DNA of 64,000 nt, taken from the NCBI RefSeq assembly GCF_964355755.1, contig NC_092679.1, positions 18,335,432 to 18,399,431 on the forward strand, in the 5' to 3' direction. This document shows, in pieces, positions 38,890-51,914 of this stretch. Numbering within the stretch: position 1 is the first letter of the stretch; the number at the start of each line of letters is the position of its first letter. The stretch comes from Antedon mediterranea. Taxonomy: Eukaryota; Animalia; Echinodermata. The translations under genes were made by a program, and so were the position numbers. The notes under the pieces were generated by a model that worked only from the letters and a program-made list of their open reading frames with translations, ran no database searches and had not been told where the DNA came from.

Positions 38890-40408
38890 TATTCATATTC
38901 ATATTCATTTATTATCCAGAAAAAATAATACAAAAACAATACAAAAAGCATATATAACATAGAACAACAACAAGCAGAGAAAAAGCGCAGAACACTATCC
39001 TGGCGGATTGTCAAAAAGCAAAAAATATCGCTATAAAAGACTCTCCTGATAGTGCTGGTGGCAAAATAACATTAACAAGGATAAACATTTAACAACCCGG
39101 TAACATAGAATTTATATAAAACAGAATAAAAATTGCAATCATTATAAATAAACATGTCTGTTATATATACCGGAATCTCATCCCACATCCGTGGAAATGA
39201 AATAAAAACAGAATAAAAAAAAGCATTAGTACGAGACTTCTCATGTCTGAAAACAAGTTTCTCACTTCTACGTTCAACAGGTTTAGGTAGCAAAGCACCA
39301 TCAATTAGGAAATCTGTACAGAGGCACTTCACAACAAATTTAACACGGATGAATTTAAGTCTATTATAAATCGTGGGTAATTTTAGAGTCCGTAACCTTT
39401 GTTCGTATGACGGCCGCATGTCATAATCCATGTGAAAAAAACGTGGGAAGCATGATCGTGTAAAGCGTCTCTGAACAGATTCAATCTGATTGATGGTGCT
39501 TTGCAGAAAAGGAAACCAGACAGGTGAAGCGTATTCAATTACAGGCCTAATGATAGACTTAAATAATTTAGGAAAAACGGTCTGATCATTGGTTCTAACA
39601 CACCTCTTAATAAATCCTACAAGTTTATTGCATTTACCAGTAGTCAGAGAGATGTGTTTATTCCACTTCAAATCTGAAGACAAGGTAACACCAAGATACT
39701 TGTATTCTGTTACACTTTCTAGTACTTTATTATCAATTTCATAATGAAAATACTGTTTTACTTTCGATCTAGAGATCGACATAACCTTACATTTACTGTT
39801 ATTTAGAGACATATAATTATCATTGCCCCATAGGGATATGGCAGTTAGATCGTCTTGAAGCTTCAAACAATCATCTTGATTATTTATTACTCTGAACAAC
39901 ACAGTATCATCTGCATATAATGCAATATTTGAGTTAACTACTGATGGGAGCTCACATGTATACAAATTAAAAAGAATAGGTCCCAACACGGAACCTTGAG
40001 GTACCCCCGATAATACATCTTTCCAATCTGAAAGTGAACCTTTGAATAACACTGCTTGGCTACGGTTAATCAGAAAAGATTGTAACCAACTCATGAGCTT
40101 ACCGGCAAAGCCATATTTTTGTAGCTTATTAATGAGAAGTGAATGACAAACCTTGTCAAAAGCCTTGGACCAATCTAAAAACACAGCATCAACTCTTGGC
40201 GGTTTGTTTACATCTAAACATTTAGCCCATTGGTGGTAAATTGTGGCAAGCTGTGTTACACACGATCTTTTGTTACAAAAACCATGTTGTGTGGAAGGCA
40301 AAAGGCCAAGTTTATCAGCATGAGAAACCATGTGCTTTCCAATAAAGCGCTCAAGCATTTTCCCGACCACTGACGTCAGGGAGATGGGGCGATAGTTTAC
40401 AACATTGT
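38890..40408 (-). mobile_element. 5'-truncated non-LTR retrotransposon (CR1/L2-group LINE) with RT ORF 39072-~40407
   Basis: NYRPISLTSVVGK, QHGF, FLDWSKAFDKV, SGVPQGSVLGPILF, YADD, YKYLGV, IESVQRRFTR; AT-rich 3' tail; endonuclease domain absent. Confidence 0.93.
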
Positions 40409-41317
40409 AATGTTGTTTATGAAAATCGTTTAAGAAAATCGATAAATATGCGTGCTTTGTATGTTTTTCGCGCGGAGATCATTACTTTGTAGATCTAAGA
40501 ATTTTTTTATCGGTTTGATCAATAATCTTTTTAAATACAGTCCATTTCAACTTAAAAAAGGTTGGAATTATAATATTGAGTTTAATTATGTGTTGCTACT
40601 TTTGGTAATGTATATTAGAAATTAGGTTTTAACTTTAGAAGAGGTATTACGACTAAGCCTATTAAGCCTGTTTTCCTGTCGACGATAGTCAATGCTATCA
40701 TCGTTAACACAAGTTAAAAGTTTAACGACGATCGTTTGAAAACTATCAAGTTGAAATGATAACGATAGCGCGAACATTTGTAGGAGACGTGGGCCTAGGC
40801 ATATTACTATCTCTATAATGATGGTTCTTGTTCTTAGCAGGCCCGTCCTACTCCAAATAGAATTTTGGACTAGGCTGAAGACTTAGACCTACCTACAATC
40901 CCCACGCCTACTCCGAAACATGACTTTGGCAAGGCTAGGCCTAGCTGTGACCGCGCCGCGATGCAACAAAAATAAATGTAGTCGTCAGAATTTTACATCA
41001 ACGTCATGTGCTGTATCGCCAAGATGATTGGTCAGTTCTTACGTTTTAGCGTTGCGATATCGCTAGAGTTGAACTGAATTCAACTCTTGCGCGCGACTGT
41101 CGATCGCGACGTGTAGCGTCGATTACCGTCGATTATTACACATTTTCCTGTAAATCGCCGACGATTTGTATCTATCTTTTCGTCGTTAGTTAAAAAAGTA
41201 CCTTTTCCTGTAATTCGTTAAAACTTCAATGATTACAAGGGTGGATGCGGACCTAGAAGTCTTTTCACAGGTCTGCATGTATAAGAGTCTGCGTCAGACC
41301 ATTGTACGACCATTATT

Positions 41318-42262
41318 GTATCAGGTGTGCTCTTGTATCAGGTGTGCTCTTGCATCAGGTATGCTCTTGTATCATGTGTGCTCTTGCATCACGCGTGCTC
41401 TTGCATCAGGTGTGCTCTTGTATCAGGTGCGCTTTTGCATCAGGTGCGCTTTTGCGTCAGGTGTGCTCTTGTATCAGGTGTGCTCTTGTATCAGGTGCGC
41501 TCTTGTATCAGGTGCGCTCTTGTATCAGGTGCGCTCTTGTATCACATGTGCTCTTGCATCAGGTGCGCTCTTGTATCAGGTGTGCTCTTGCATCAGGTGC
41601 GCTCTTGCATCAGGTGTGCTCTTGCATCAGGTGCGCTCTTGTATCAGGTGTGCTCTTGTATCAGGTGCGCTTTTGCGTCAGTGTGCTCTTGCATCAGGTG
41701 CGCTCTTGCATCAGGTGTGCTCTTGTATCAGGTGTGCTCTTGTATCAGGTGTGCTCTTGTATCAGGTGTGCTCTTGTATCACGTGTGTTCTTCTATCAGG
41801 TGTGCTCTTGTATCAGGTGCGCTCTTGCATCAGGTGCGCTCTTGCATCAGGTGCGCTCTTGTATCAGGTGCGCTCTTGTATCACGTGTGCCCTTGTATCA
41901 CGTGTGCTCTTGTATCAGGTGCGCTCTTGAATCAGGTGCGCTCTTGAATCAGGTGCGCTCTTGCATCAGGTGCGCTCTTGCATCAGGTGCGCTCTTGCAT
42001 CAGGTGCGCTCTTGAATCAGGTGCGCTCTTGCATCAGGTGCGCTCTTGCATCAGGTGCGCTCTTGCATCAGGTGCGCTCTTGCATCAGGTGCGCTCTTGC
42101 ATCAGGTGCGCTCTTGCATCAGGTGCGCTCTTGTATCAGGTGTGCTCTTGTATCAGGTGTGCTCTTGCATCAGGTGCGCTCTTGTATCAGGTGCGCTCTT
42201 GCATCAGGTGCGCTCTTGCATCAGGTGCGCTCTTGTATCAGGTGTGCTCTTGTATCAGGTGC
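41318..42262. repeat. 17-bp minisatellite (TCAGGTGYGCTCTTGYA), ~55 copies
   Basis: Directly visible tandem array. Confidence 0.97.
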
Positions 42263-43155
42263 CCGGATAATAAAAGATATATACTCAAATAAACTCAATC
42301 ATGTACAATTTACACTTAATCAAGAATGATGCCAACAAAGGGCTTGTATTAAGACATTAATGCATAATGTAAGTACAGTAGTCATTATCATTCACACAAC
42401 CCAAACGACTGATTGCATGCGAGATTTGTAAGAAATATAGTCTAATACAATACTCAATCTTGCTAAGTGATTTATACAGGATTGTTTATAAGTCGGTTGG
42501 GAATTTGATCTGCCTTATTAATTATTATAAGCGTAGGCCTAAGGCCGCGTAGTTCAGCTTGTCATTAACTTGATTACGTATTGTTTCCAGCAGCAAGGTA
42601 ACATAGGTATGTTTTGTAAGACAGTTTTAACTTTATTTTTAGGAATTGGAACAAAAAATGTTTTATTTATTTGTTGTTACATTTAGAGACAAAATTAGAG
42701 ACAAATTCTGCTATCCGATTTTATGAAATGTTTTTCTTACTTAATTAGGTATTGTGTGTTTGTTACAATGTAAATGATTATGTTTACTGAAGAAAATGAA
42801 TGCTTGTTTGTTTTCTTATATTTGTTTCCTCACTTCAAGAACAATGCAATAGATAGATATACTTATTACCAAAACAAATGAAAGTGTAGATTTTATTTCA
42901 TCTTCTGTAGTATTTCATGTCTGTTTTTAAATATTGATTGTTTTAAATAACATATCTCAAGTAGGCCTATGATTAAATATTTTATATAGTAATAATTTTA
43001 TTAATATACATTTTAGAATTTAATGTTGAAAATGTACCCATATTATTTCCATTTTAAATTGGCAAATACAATTGAATCTTTAATCTTTTAAAATCACTAT
43101 TTTAAAGGTTTATGTTAACAAATCACTCATTTTTTTCCTTCAGCCTCCATCAACG

Positions 43156-44277
43156 ATGATGACGGTCAACAATGTCACGGAAACGAATCCACAGAGGGCT
43201 CTGATAGTTTTTGAATGCATGATTATATTATTTATGTCTGTCGTGGGTTCAATTGGAAATATATTTACAATCTTTGCAGTTTTGACTAATAAGCGCCTTC
43301 GTGAACCCGCCCAATATTCCGTCGTCAGTTTGGCCATAGCAGACTTGATTCCTTGTCTGATCACAGACTCCATATACGTTGTGTCGGCCTGGCATCAAAA
43401 ATGGTTCTTACCAAACGCTTATATCGTCTGCCAGATCATAGGACTACTGACGGTTCTTTGCCTTGAAGCCTCGGTTATGAATCTTATAATGATAGCCATC
43501 AATAGGTATTTTTGCATTGTGAAATACCGCAAATACAAAGACATCTTCACCCCGCGTCGTACAGCGGTGATGTGTAGTTTAGTGTGGATCCCGCCGTTCA
43601 TCGGTGTCATCGTCCCAGTTGCAATGAAGATTACTCCGTTTGGAATTCACGATCATATGCTGTCGTGCAGTGTGGAGTCTACGAAAGTGGGATGGTGGTA
43701 CCTAACTATCTTACTGGTAATCTACATTCCTATAGCCATGGTTGTCATTACGTTTTGCTATATGAATATATACCGATCGGTAAGGGCTAGCCGACGGCGT
43801 ATTGAGCAACAGCAACACGTGACAAAGCCCAATGTTTCCCAAGCTGCAAACTCAAATTTGAATGGTAATGAACCTGTAATACAGCCCATCAACACACACG
43901 AATTGGCGCCAATATGTCATCAAAACGATGCTCATTCGTCTGTTGTTGGTGGCCACTCGACGGAAACGGCAAATGGCAACTCAAACCCAATAACAAAAGT
44001 TAACCTAAAAAAAGAAATACGTTTAACTGTCAACTTATTTATAATTTTTGTAATTTTTGTGATTTGCTGGTTACCTCTTACAGTTGTATCATTGATTGAT
44101 CCAATTCATCCAATTGAATCTGATGTAGTTTGGCAAATCGTCAGCATTCTTGCACTAGCTAATTCGAGCTGTAACCCTGTCGTGTACGTGTGGCGTAGCA
44201 AGCATTTTAGGCAGTCATACAAGCGGCTACTGAGATGTTCTCTAGCAAGTCCGGGATCACAATCGGGTTCGAAATAA
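43156..44277 (+). CDS. Class A GPCR, melatonin-receptor/moody/Tre1-like (NRY), paralog 1, 373 aa
   Basis: Seven hydrophobic segments, GN in TM1, SLAIAD, IAINRY, CWLP, NSSCNPVVY; intronless CDS; splice acceptor TTTTTTCCTTCAG at 43143. Confidence 0.93.
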   Translation: MMTVNNVTETNPQRALIVFECMIILFMSVVGSIGNIFTIFAVLTNKRLREPAQYSVVSLAIADLIPCLITDSIYVVSAWHQKWFLPNAYIVCQIIGLLTVLCLEASVMNLIMIAINRYFCIVKYRKYKDIFTPRRTAVMCSLVWIPPFIGVIVPVAMKITPFGIHDHMLSCSVESTKVGWWYLTILLVIYIPIAMVVITFCYMNIYRSVRASRRRIEQQQHVTKPNVSQAANSNLNGNEPVIQPINTHELAPICHQNDAHSSVVGGHSTETANGNSNPITKVNLKKEIRLTVNLFIIFVIFVICWLPLTVVSLIDPIHPIESDVVWQIVSILALANSSCNPVVYVWRSKHFRQSYKRLLRCSLASPGSQSGSK

Positions 44278-44325
44278 TAATTACAAGAGTCATTATTGTA
44301 ATCAATGCCCCGAAAATGTCTCTTA

Positions 44326-44486
44326 AGTTCTGTCTACACTATCAAACTAGTTTGACCAAAAAAGTGTGATGTGCCCAAAAAATATAGAAGTGATATGCAC
44401 AAATGGAAGTGATATGACATCATCATGTCCATTATATGGGCACATCACATTTTCTGTCCCATAAAGTTTGATAGTGTAGACAGACT
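44326..44486. mobile_element. MITE, family H1
   Basis: AGTTCTGTCTACACTATCAAACT / AGTTTGATAGTGTAGACAGACT termini. Confidence 0.75.
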
Positions 44487-46084
44487 TTGATATTTGAGCT
44501 GTTAATAGGCCTAATATTCAGTAAGATGCGTTTTTCTTTTCGTGAGATTCCAACTTCCAACGAATATGTTTTCACATACAACAAACCATAAATATAGTTA
44601 ATATATGTGTGTGTGTGTCCTAGTTTCATGTTTATTACCCGGATGTGGATTGGTGAGCGTGAATTACGAATTACGTAAAATTTTATGTGTTTACGTTTTC
44701 TGTTTGGAAAAAAATCTTAAAAGTTTTTGTATATCAAGTGATGCAACACATTTATTTGTATAATACACGAGCAGCAAATGTCAATTCAAATGTGTATAAT
44801 AACAATATATCAAAAGGTACGCATGACTGAACCTCTGTCCCCGTTGGGATCTATTTTCTCATTTTACTCATGAACCTCTGTCCCCGTTGGGATCTAGTTT
44901 TCCATTTTATGGTACGTTATCTTTCTATTTTGATTTAAAACTATCATGTTGCATTGTTCAGCTGAATATCACTTTAGAAAAAAATGGGGAACACTTTTAC
45001 ATCGGGTAATTTTCTATTTTAATGAATTAACATTAGTTTTGACTTCATTAGTGTAGTGTGCTTACTTACGCACGCAAATTAAATCATTCTTTTAATAAAG
45101 CAATCTAAAGAGAGAAGTACCATAAAAGAGGTTTAGATATTATTATTGGGAATACATTTGGCTAATTCAAGACACTTCCTATGGTTAATAAGGCAATGAG
45201 AGTTAAAAGAGGCTTATAATTGTGTAATAGGTTAAAGAGATAAGAGCTAAAGATGCTTAGATGTACTCTTTGCCGAATTTGGCCACTTGTATTCCTCTCA
45301 TTGAGAGTATTAATAGAACCATTAAGGTAGAATTGTTAATATCAACAGCAGTGGGTTATTCTCATGAGGCAATTAACGTGATTAATATTTTACGGACAGT
45401 ATAGTTATTATAGCCGGACTTTGGTATGAATAAGTTGGTTTGTCGTGACTTCCAATTTTCCGTTGAATTACTCGGTCCAATGAATGGCAAATATTATTAT
45501 GATTAACCGATATTATTGTTTGTGAAATTATTATTCTGTCTTCATTACTAGGTCAACTAGACAAGTTATAAGATTTGTATTGGTTTATGTATTTGTGTTA
45601 TTGATGATGACAGGCTAACCTTTGATGTTGCGTTGTTGTGTAGGGGAGTCGGTGGGCTGCGTGGGAGTGGTCTTAAGACTAGAACAAACTTTTCTCTGTA
45701 AATCCCCGCAATATTGTATGTAACAATTATATTTAACTATATATTGCTGAATAAATGTGAATTTGAATATTGAAAAAGAGCAGTCGTCAATAAACGAACA
45801 TTGGCAAACGTAACGTAGCGGCCCACTCGTGTATAGCAAGATTTGTAATGTTAGCCTATATCTATTATTTCCAAACGCATAATGTATTAAAGATGTATAA
45901 AATAAAGTTATTCACTTCCGCAGAAAAAAAATATTTAGCAAAAATAATGAGTAGGCCTAATAATACTTAAACTGTTGAACAGTTGGCTAATTTGTTTTCT
46001 GGTAAATAATTGTTTTCGATCAAATGTTTTCCCAAAGTGAATAATTGAAATGGCATATCACAAATAATCTTTAATTAAGAGTAA

Positions 46085-46217
46085 AGCTTGGTTACCTGTA
46101 GAACGCAACACAAACAATTGAACCAATCAACAACCAACAGTTGAATAATGCATCGCTTGTGATTGGTAACATTATTTGCCTTACATGCGCGTCCCTAAGT
46201 TGCCTAGCAACCAAGCT
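46085..46217. mobile_element. MITE, family H2
   Basis: AGCTTGGTT / AACCAAGCT termini; internal ATCGCTTGTGATTGGT shared with the 7880 copy. Confidence 0.6.
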
Positions 46218-46414
46218 TAATACCGGAGTGGTTGTCCTATTTTGTCTTGTACTACTGTAGCGAGCACGTCAGCTGTTGAGCTTCTAATCGTCAAAAAGTC
46301 CAAAAACTGTAATACAAAATTAAATAGTAGGCATAGAAAAAATTAAATATTGTGTTCGTTTATCACCACACCTCCTATACATATAAATATGTAGCCTAAA
46401 TCTAAAAGAGTAAA

Positions 46415-49370
46415 CAGGGCCGTAGCCAGGATTTGTCAAGGGGGGGTTCGCACACTAAGTATTTGGGTCATCCCACCCCCATACCTACCCCCCCCCCTGG
46501 GGTGGGGCCTGAGGCGAAGCAAATTTTGTTAAATGACACCCTAGATGGCCGGAAAAGACACTCTCATGCAGCATGCTACCAATGAGCAAAACGATCGTAC
46601 TTGGACTCGTGGACTATTTAAACGATAACATTTGTTGCCGTATGTTAGATGCGCGTGCTCTGTGCGGAACCGCCGATTGTTAGATCATTTACTCGATATT
46701 TTGTTTTGCGTTCAAGTTCAATGCGAACGTACGTCTAGGAGAAGCCCCGAAAAAAGCACACTGGGTGAAGGAAAATGCAATTCTTATTATAGCTCTATCA
46801 ATAATATTTATTTACAGCAATTTTTTGAGTAAATTAAATATGCCAATGTAAATAGGTGATATTGATACATTTGAGTACGTATCGGCGAAGCAAATTTTGT
46901 TAAATGACACCCCTAGATGGCCGGAAAAGACACTCTCATGCAGCATGCTACCAATGAGCAAAACGATCGTACTTGGACTCGTGGACTATTTAAACGATAA
47001 CATTTGTTGCCGTATGTTAGATGCACGTGCTCTGTGCGGAACCGCCGATTGTTAGATCATTTACTCGATATTTTGTTTTGCGTTCAAGTTCAATGCGAAC
47101 GTACGTCTAGGAGAAGCCCCGAAAAAAGCACACTGGGTGAAGGAAAATGCAATTCTTATTATAGCTCTATCTATAATATTTATTTACAGCAATTTGTTGA
47201 GGAAATTAAATATGCCAATGTAAATAGGTGATATTGATACATTTGAGTACGTATCGGCGAAGCAAATTTTGTTAAATGACACCCCTTGATGGCCGGAAAA
47301 GACACTCTCATGCAGCATTCTACCAATGAGCAAAACGATCGTACTTACTTGGACTCGTGGACTATTTAAACGATAACATTTGTTGCCGTATGTTAGATGC
47401 GCGTGCTCTGTGCGGAACCGCCGATTGTTTGATCATTTACTCGATATTTTGTTTTGCGTTCAAGTTCAATGCGAACGTACGTCTAGGAGAAGCCCCGAAA
47501 AAAGCACACTGGGTGAAGGCAAATGCAATTCTTATTATAGCTCTATCTATAATATTTATTTACAGCAATTTGTTGAGGAAATTAAATATGACAATGTAAA
47601 TAGGTGATATTGATACATTTGAGTACTTATCGGCGAAGCAAATTTTGTTAAATGACACCCCTAGATGGCCGGAAAAGACACTCTCATGCAGCATGCTACC
47701 AATGAGCAAAACGATCGTACTTGGACTCGTGGACTATTTAAACGATAACATTAATTTGTTGCCGTATGTTAGATGCGCGTGCTCTGTGCGGAACCGCCGA
47801 TTGTTTTTACTCGATATTTTGTTTTGCGTTCAAGTTCAATGCGAACGTACGTCTAGGAGAAGCCCCGAAAAAAGCACACTGGGTGAAGGAAAATGCAATT
47901 CTTATTATAGCTCTATCTATAATATTTATTTACAGCAATTTGTTGAGGAAATTAAATATGCCAATGTAAATAGGTGATATTGATACATTTGAGTACGTAT
48001 CGGCGAAGCAAATTTTGTTAAATGACACCCCTTGATGGCCGGAAAAGACACTCTCATGCAGCATTCTACCAATGAGCAAAACGATCGTACTTACTTGGAC
48101 TCGTGGACTATTTAAACGATAACATTTGTTGCCGTATGTTAGATGCGCGTGCTCTGTGCGGAACCGCCGATTGTTTGATCATTTACTCGATATTTTGTTT
48201 TGCGTTCAAGTTCAATGCGAACGTACGTCTAGGAGAAGCCCCGAAAAAAGCACACTGGGTGAAGGCAAATGCAATTCTTATTATAGCTCTATCTATAATA
48301 TTTATTTACAGCAATTTGTTGAGGAAATTAAATATGACAATGTAAATAGGTGATATTGATACATTTGAGTACTTATCGGCGAAGCAAATTTTGTTAAATG
48401 ACACCCCTAGATGGCCGGAAAAGACACTCTCATGCAGCATGCTACCAATGAGCAAAACGATCGTACTTGGACTCGTGGACTATTTAAACGATAACATTAA
48501 TTTGTTGCCGTATGTTAGATGCGCGTGCTCTGTGCGGAACCGCCGATTGTTAGATCATTTTACTCGATATTTTGTTTTGCGTTCAAGTTCAATGCGAACG
48601 TACGTCTAGGAGAAGCCCCGAAAAAAGCACACTGGGTGAAGGAAAATGCAATTCTTATTATAGCTCTATCTATAATATTTATTTACAGCAATTTGTTGAG
48701 GAAATTAAATATGCCAATGTAAATAGGTGATATTGATACATTTGAGTACGTATCGGCTGGTGGTCTAGAAAAAAATAATCGGATGCCATAATGTGAACTA
48801 CAGTACATGATACCATAGATATTATAGTGTAAAATATTAATATTCACTATAATCCTCTATGATACATTATACTTCATAGCCACACATAAATACTGATGTA
48901 TGTCGGAAGGCTATATACTTTATGCATGCTGCCTGACTGCCAGTGATCTAAACAATTGGTACGCAGTTGTCTGGCGGTGTCCTTTCCTTTGTACGAATCG
49001 TTCGTCCCCCAGCTCGCTGTGAGACGCGTCAATATCATGTTGAATGCAGGGACCAAACATTTATTTTTCAGGTTAAAATCGGCAATTCATTTGCAACTCT
49101 TAGAAATTTACAGACTATATCGCTCGAAGTACGCTTATACAGGGAAAAAGGTACTGTATGAGTTATTCCGAACGAGTTTACGAATTTTTTAATTTACGAA
49201 CAACTTTTTGTACTGTGGGGCACGTATTTGGATGATTTTCGGAGATGAGGGTGAGGTATTGGGCATGTCGGGGATGGGGGTTCGCAGTCGGTTAAGGGGG
49301 GTTCGCTGTAAAGGGGGGGGGGGGGGGGGGTTCGCCCGAACCATAAAAACCCCCCCTGGCTACGGGCCTG
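46415..49370. mobile_element. hAT-like non-autonomous element carrying an internal satellite
   Basis: TIR CAGGGCCGTAGCCAGG / CCTGGCTACGGGCCTG, G-rich GGGGTTCGC subterminal motifs, GTAAA(C) at both flanks. Confidence 0.75.
46513..48757. repeat. ~374-bp tandem repeat, 6 copies
   Basis: GGCGAAGCAAATTTTGTTAAATGACACCC starts at 46513, 46884, 47256, 47632, 48002 and 48378. Confidence 0.97.
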
Positions 49371-49682
49371 GTAAACATACATTTAATGAAACACTCGACG
49401 CGAAGAGTTTTCTACTTGATCTTCTCCTCTGATGCGGGATGTTGTTATCTATAGAACCTGATCTATAGACCCGGTTTCTAGGATACATTTAACCTTAATC
49501 TTTATTTAATTCTTCTCTAAGTAAATATGTTTACATAGTATGCCTTATAATAATTTAACGTAATTAACACTGCTAATAAGTGGAGAGATAGGATTTACAC
49601 CGTTTCATTTTGCTTCGTGGATGCACAAACAAAGTAGGCCTACATCCACTTTGCCGGTTTAATTCAGTCATATTTGAAAACG

Positions 49683-51230
49683 ATGGGTATTAATGAAACG
49701 TATCATATGCCTACGGGTTTTATCATTTTCGAATGCTGCATTTTATCGTGCATGACCTTTGTAGGCTCACTTGGAAATATCTTGACCATAATAGCCGTTT
49801 TCACCAACAAACACCTTCGTAAACCGAGTCACTATTTGGTAATCAGCCTAGCCATAGCCGATTTGATCGTCTGCTTACTTACTGACTCTTTATACGTTGT
49901 GTCAGCGTGGCAACGAGAATGGTTTCTGCCAAACGCGTACATCGTCTGCCAAATAGTCGGCGCGCTGTCGGTTCTTAGCATGAACGCCTCGATGATGAGT
50001 TTAACTATGATCGCTGTGAACAGATACATTTGTATTGTGAAGTATAGCAAATACAGGATAATATTTACTCATCGCAATACAATGATTATTTGTGCTCTAA
50101 CTTGGATTCCACCAATTATTAGTGTTGCCATACCGGTTAGTACACATGCAGACGTTTTTGGTTTCTCTGAGGTATCGCTGGCTTGCGTCGTAGAAACTAC
50201 AGAGGCAGCATCACACTTTCTTCGTTTTTCATTGATGTTTGTTCCTTCGAGTCTCCTTGTGGTTACATTTTGTTATACGAGTATATTTCAAACGGTGAAA
50301 GCAAGTCGTCGCCGAATCGAACAAACTCAAAGGAGAACAATAAAAAAGAGCTCAGCACCAGACGATAGCATAGACGTTGTTGAATACAGTTCAAAAGAAG
50401 CACCTGAAAGTATACCAGAAAATCTTAGAGGCAGTTCCAGTTTTCAGAAACAGTCATCATCTTCCAAACATGAAGAGATTAGGTCTGAATTAAGTCAACC
50501 TTTTCACAAACCTATAAGAAGACAGACCATGCCTTCAGTCATAGTTGGTGGCCCAAGATCATCAGAACATAGCAATTGGAACAAAAAGAAGTATTCGTTA
50601 GACGCACGTGACAAGGCAGTTGAGACAGAGTCGAACGAATCTTTAGAAAACCGTTTGGTGCATTCGTCGTCACTTGAGGGGATAGTTAGACTGGACACCA
50701 ATTACCAGGAACATTCATTATCCACAGATATGCAAAGCAACAGAGATAAATATAAAGTAAAGATCCCCTCCTCAAAGCAATCTGCCGGTTGCAGAACCGT
50801 CTCACCTTTGGACGGTAGTAATAATATCGCAAGCAGCTTCAACCTACGAAAGAGTTCACCAAATGAACCATTTCCACATTCTAATCATGATAGCGAGGAT
50901 ATACAAGAGAATAGTCAATCGGAGCAAACTATTCCTTACGATAAAATCTCAACATTTAGAAAACCGTCAATAAAAAGAGAAGTGCGATTAACGGTGAACC
51001 TCTTCATCGTGTTTGTTGTGTTTATACTTTGCTGGTTGCCACTAACAATGCTGTTTATTTTTGATGCAGACTTCTCTGTACCAAAAGTGTGGTGGCAGGC
51101 CGTTTACATTCTAGCTCTTGCAAACTCATGTTGCAACCCCATCGTGTACGTCTGGCGTATCCAACAATTCCGGCAGTCATATATAGCAATATTAAAGTGT
51201 TCTCGGCGAAGAACAAATCACAAGAGCTGA
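49683..51230 (+). CDS. Class A GPCR, NRY-type, paralog 2, ~515 aa with a long Ser-rich ICL3
   Basis: SLAIAD, IAVNRY, KREVRLTVNLF, CWLP, NSCCNPIVY; first ATG at 49683. Confidence 0.93.
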   Translation: MGINETYHMPTGFIIFECCILSCMTFVGSLGNILTIIAVFTNKHLRKPSHYLVISLAIADLIVCLLTDSLYVVSAWQREWFLPNAYIVCQIVGALSVLSMNASMMSLTMIAVNRYICIVKYSKYRIIFTHRNTMIICALTWIPPIISVAIPVSTHADVFGFSEVSLACVVETTEAASHFLRFSLMFVPSSLLVVTFCYTSIFQTVKASRRRIEQTQRRTIKKSSAPDDSIDVVEYSSKEAPESIPENLRGSSSFQKQSSSSKHEEIRSELSQPFHKPIRRQTMPSVIVGGPRSSEHSNWNKKKYSLDARDKAVETESNESLENRLVHSSSLEGIVRLDTNYQEHSLSTDMQSNRDKYKVKIPSSKQSAGCRTVSPLDGSNNIASSFNLRKSSPNEPFPHSNHDSEDIQENSQSEQTIPYDKISTFRKPSIKREVRLTVNLFIVFVVFILCWLPLTMLFIFDADFSVPKVWWQAVYILALANSCCNPIVYVWRIQQFRQSYIAILKCSRRRTNHKS

Positions 51231-51914
51231 ATAACTGACGATGAACAATATAATTACGGAAAATGTTCGAATAAACGCCGCAACGCTAAGATCCATGGAA
51301 CGGATATACACATTTGTCTTGTGTTATATAGCAAGATACGTAGTAAATTTACTGAACAAATATTTATTTAAAATGTCCGTTATATAAAATAAGATTTTTT
51401 GTAGGTAATTGAACGCACATAATTGTCTCTCTACGGTGTAACTATTATATAAGAAATATTTGTTTTAATGTAAGATTTCCATCCATTGTCTACCGCGCAA
51501 CAACACTTCGGCCTACAAGTAAATTAGCCCGGTTAGATACAGTTTACATTACGCTCTAATTGAATATTAATAGATATGAATATGAGTGAGGAAACTGAGA
51601 ACGTTCATTAAAATCTACTTTGGGAATGCATATCACTTACTCCATGCCTTTAGTGAGTGCCTGACAACACATGGTCGTCACAAAAGCGTTCATCAGAATA
51701 ACCTGCCGTTTGAATGTATCGCTTAATATCATAGTAACGTGTTATAATAATGCTTTCTGAATTTACTAAGTAAACACATACAAAGAATGCTGTAAATTAT
51801 TATTTAACACATTATTTACAAAATACAGGCCTGTGTCGTTTCTGCTGCTTCATTTTCTAAATATCTATTCAACAAGAGACAAACATTACCACAGTTGAAG
51901 GTAATCTGTATAAA

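Noticed and set aside
41229-42329. Cys-rich ORFs (CIRCALVSG..) in all three frames
   Set aside because: Translation artefacts of a 17-bp repeat that has few stop codons; the same peptide cycles through the frames.
46632-48722. Repeated 66-110-aa ORFs
   Set aside because: Products of the 374-bp tandem repeat with indels between copies; mostly non-ATG starts and no recognisable domain.
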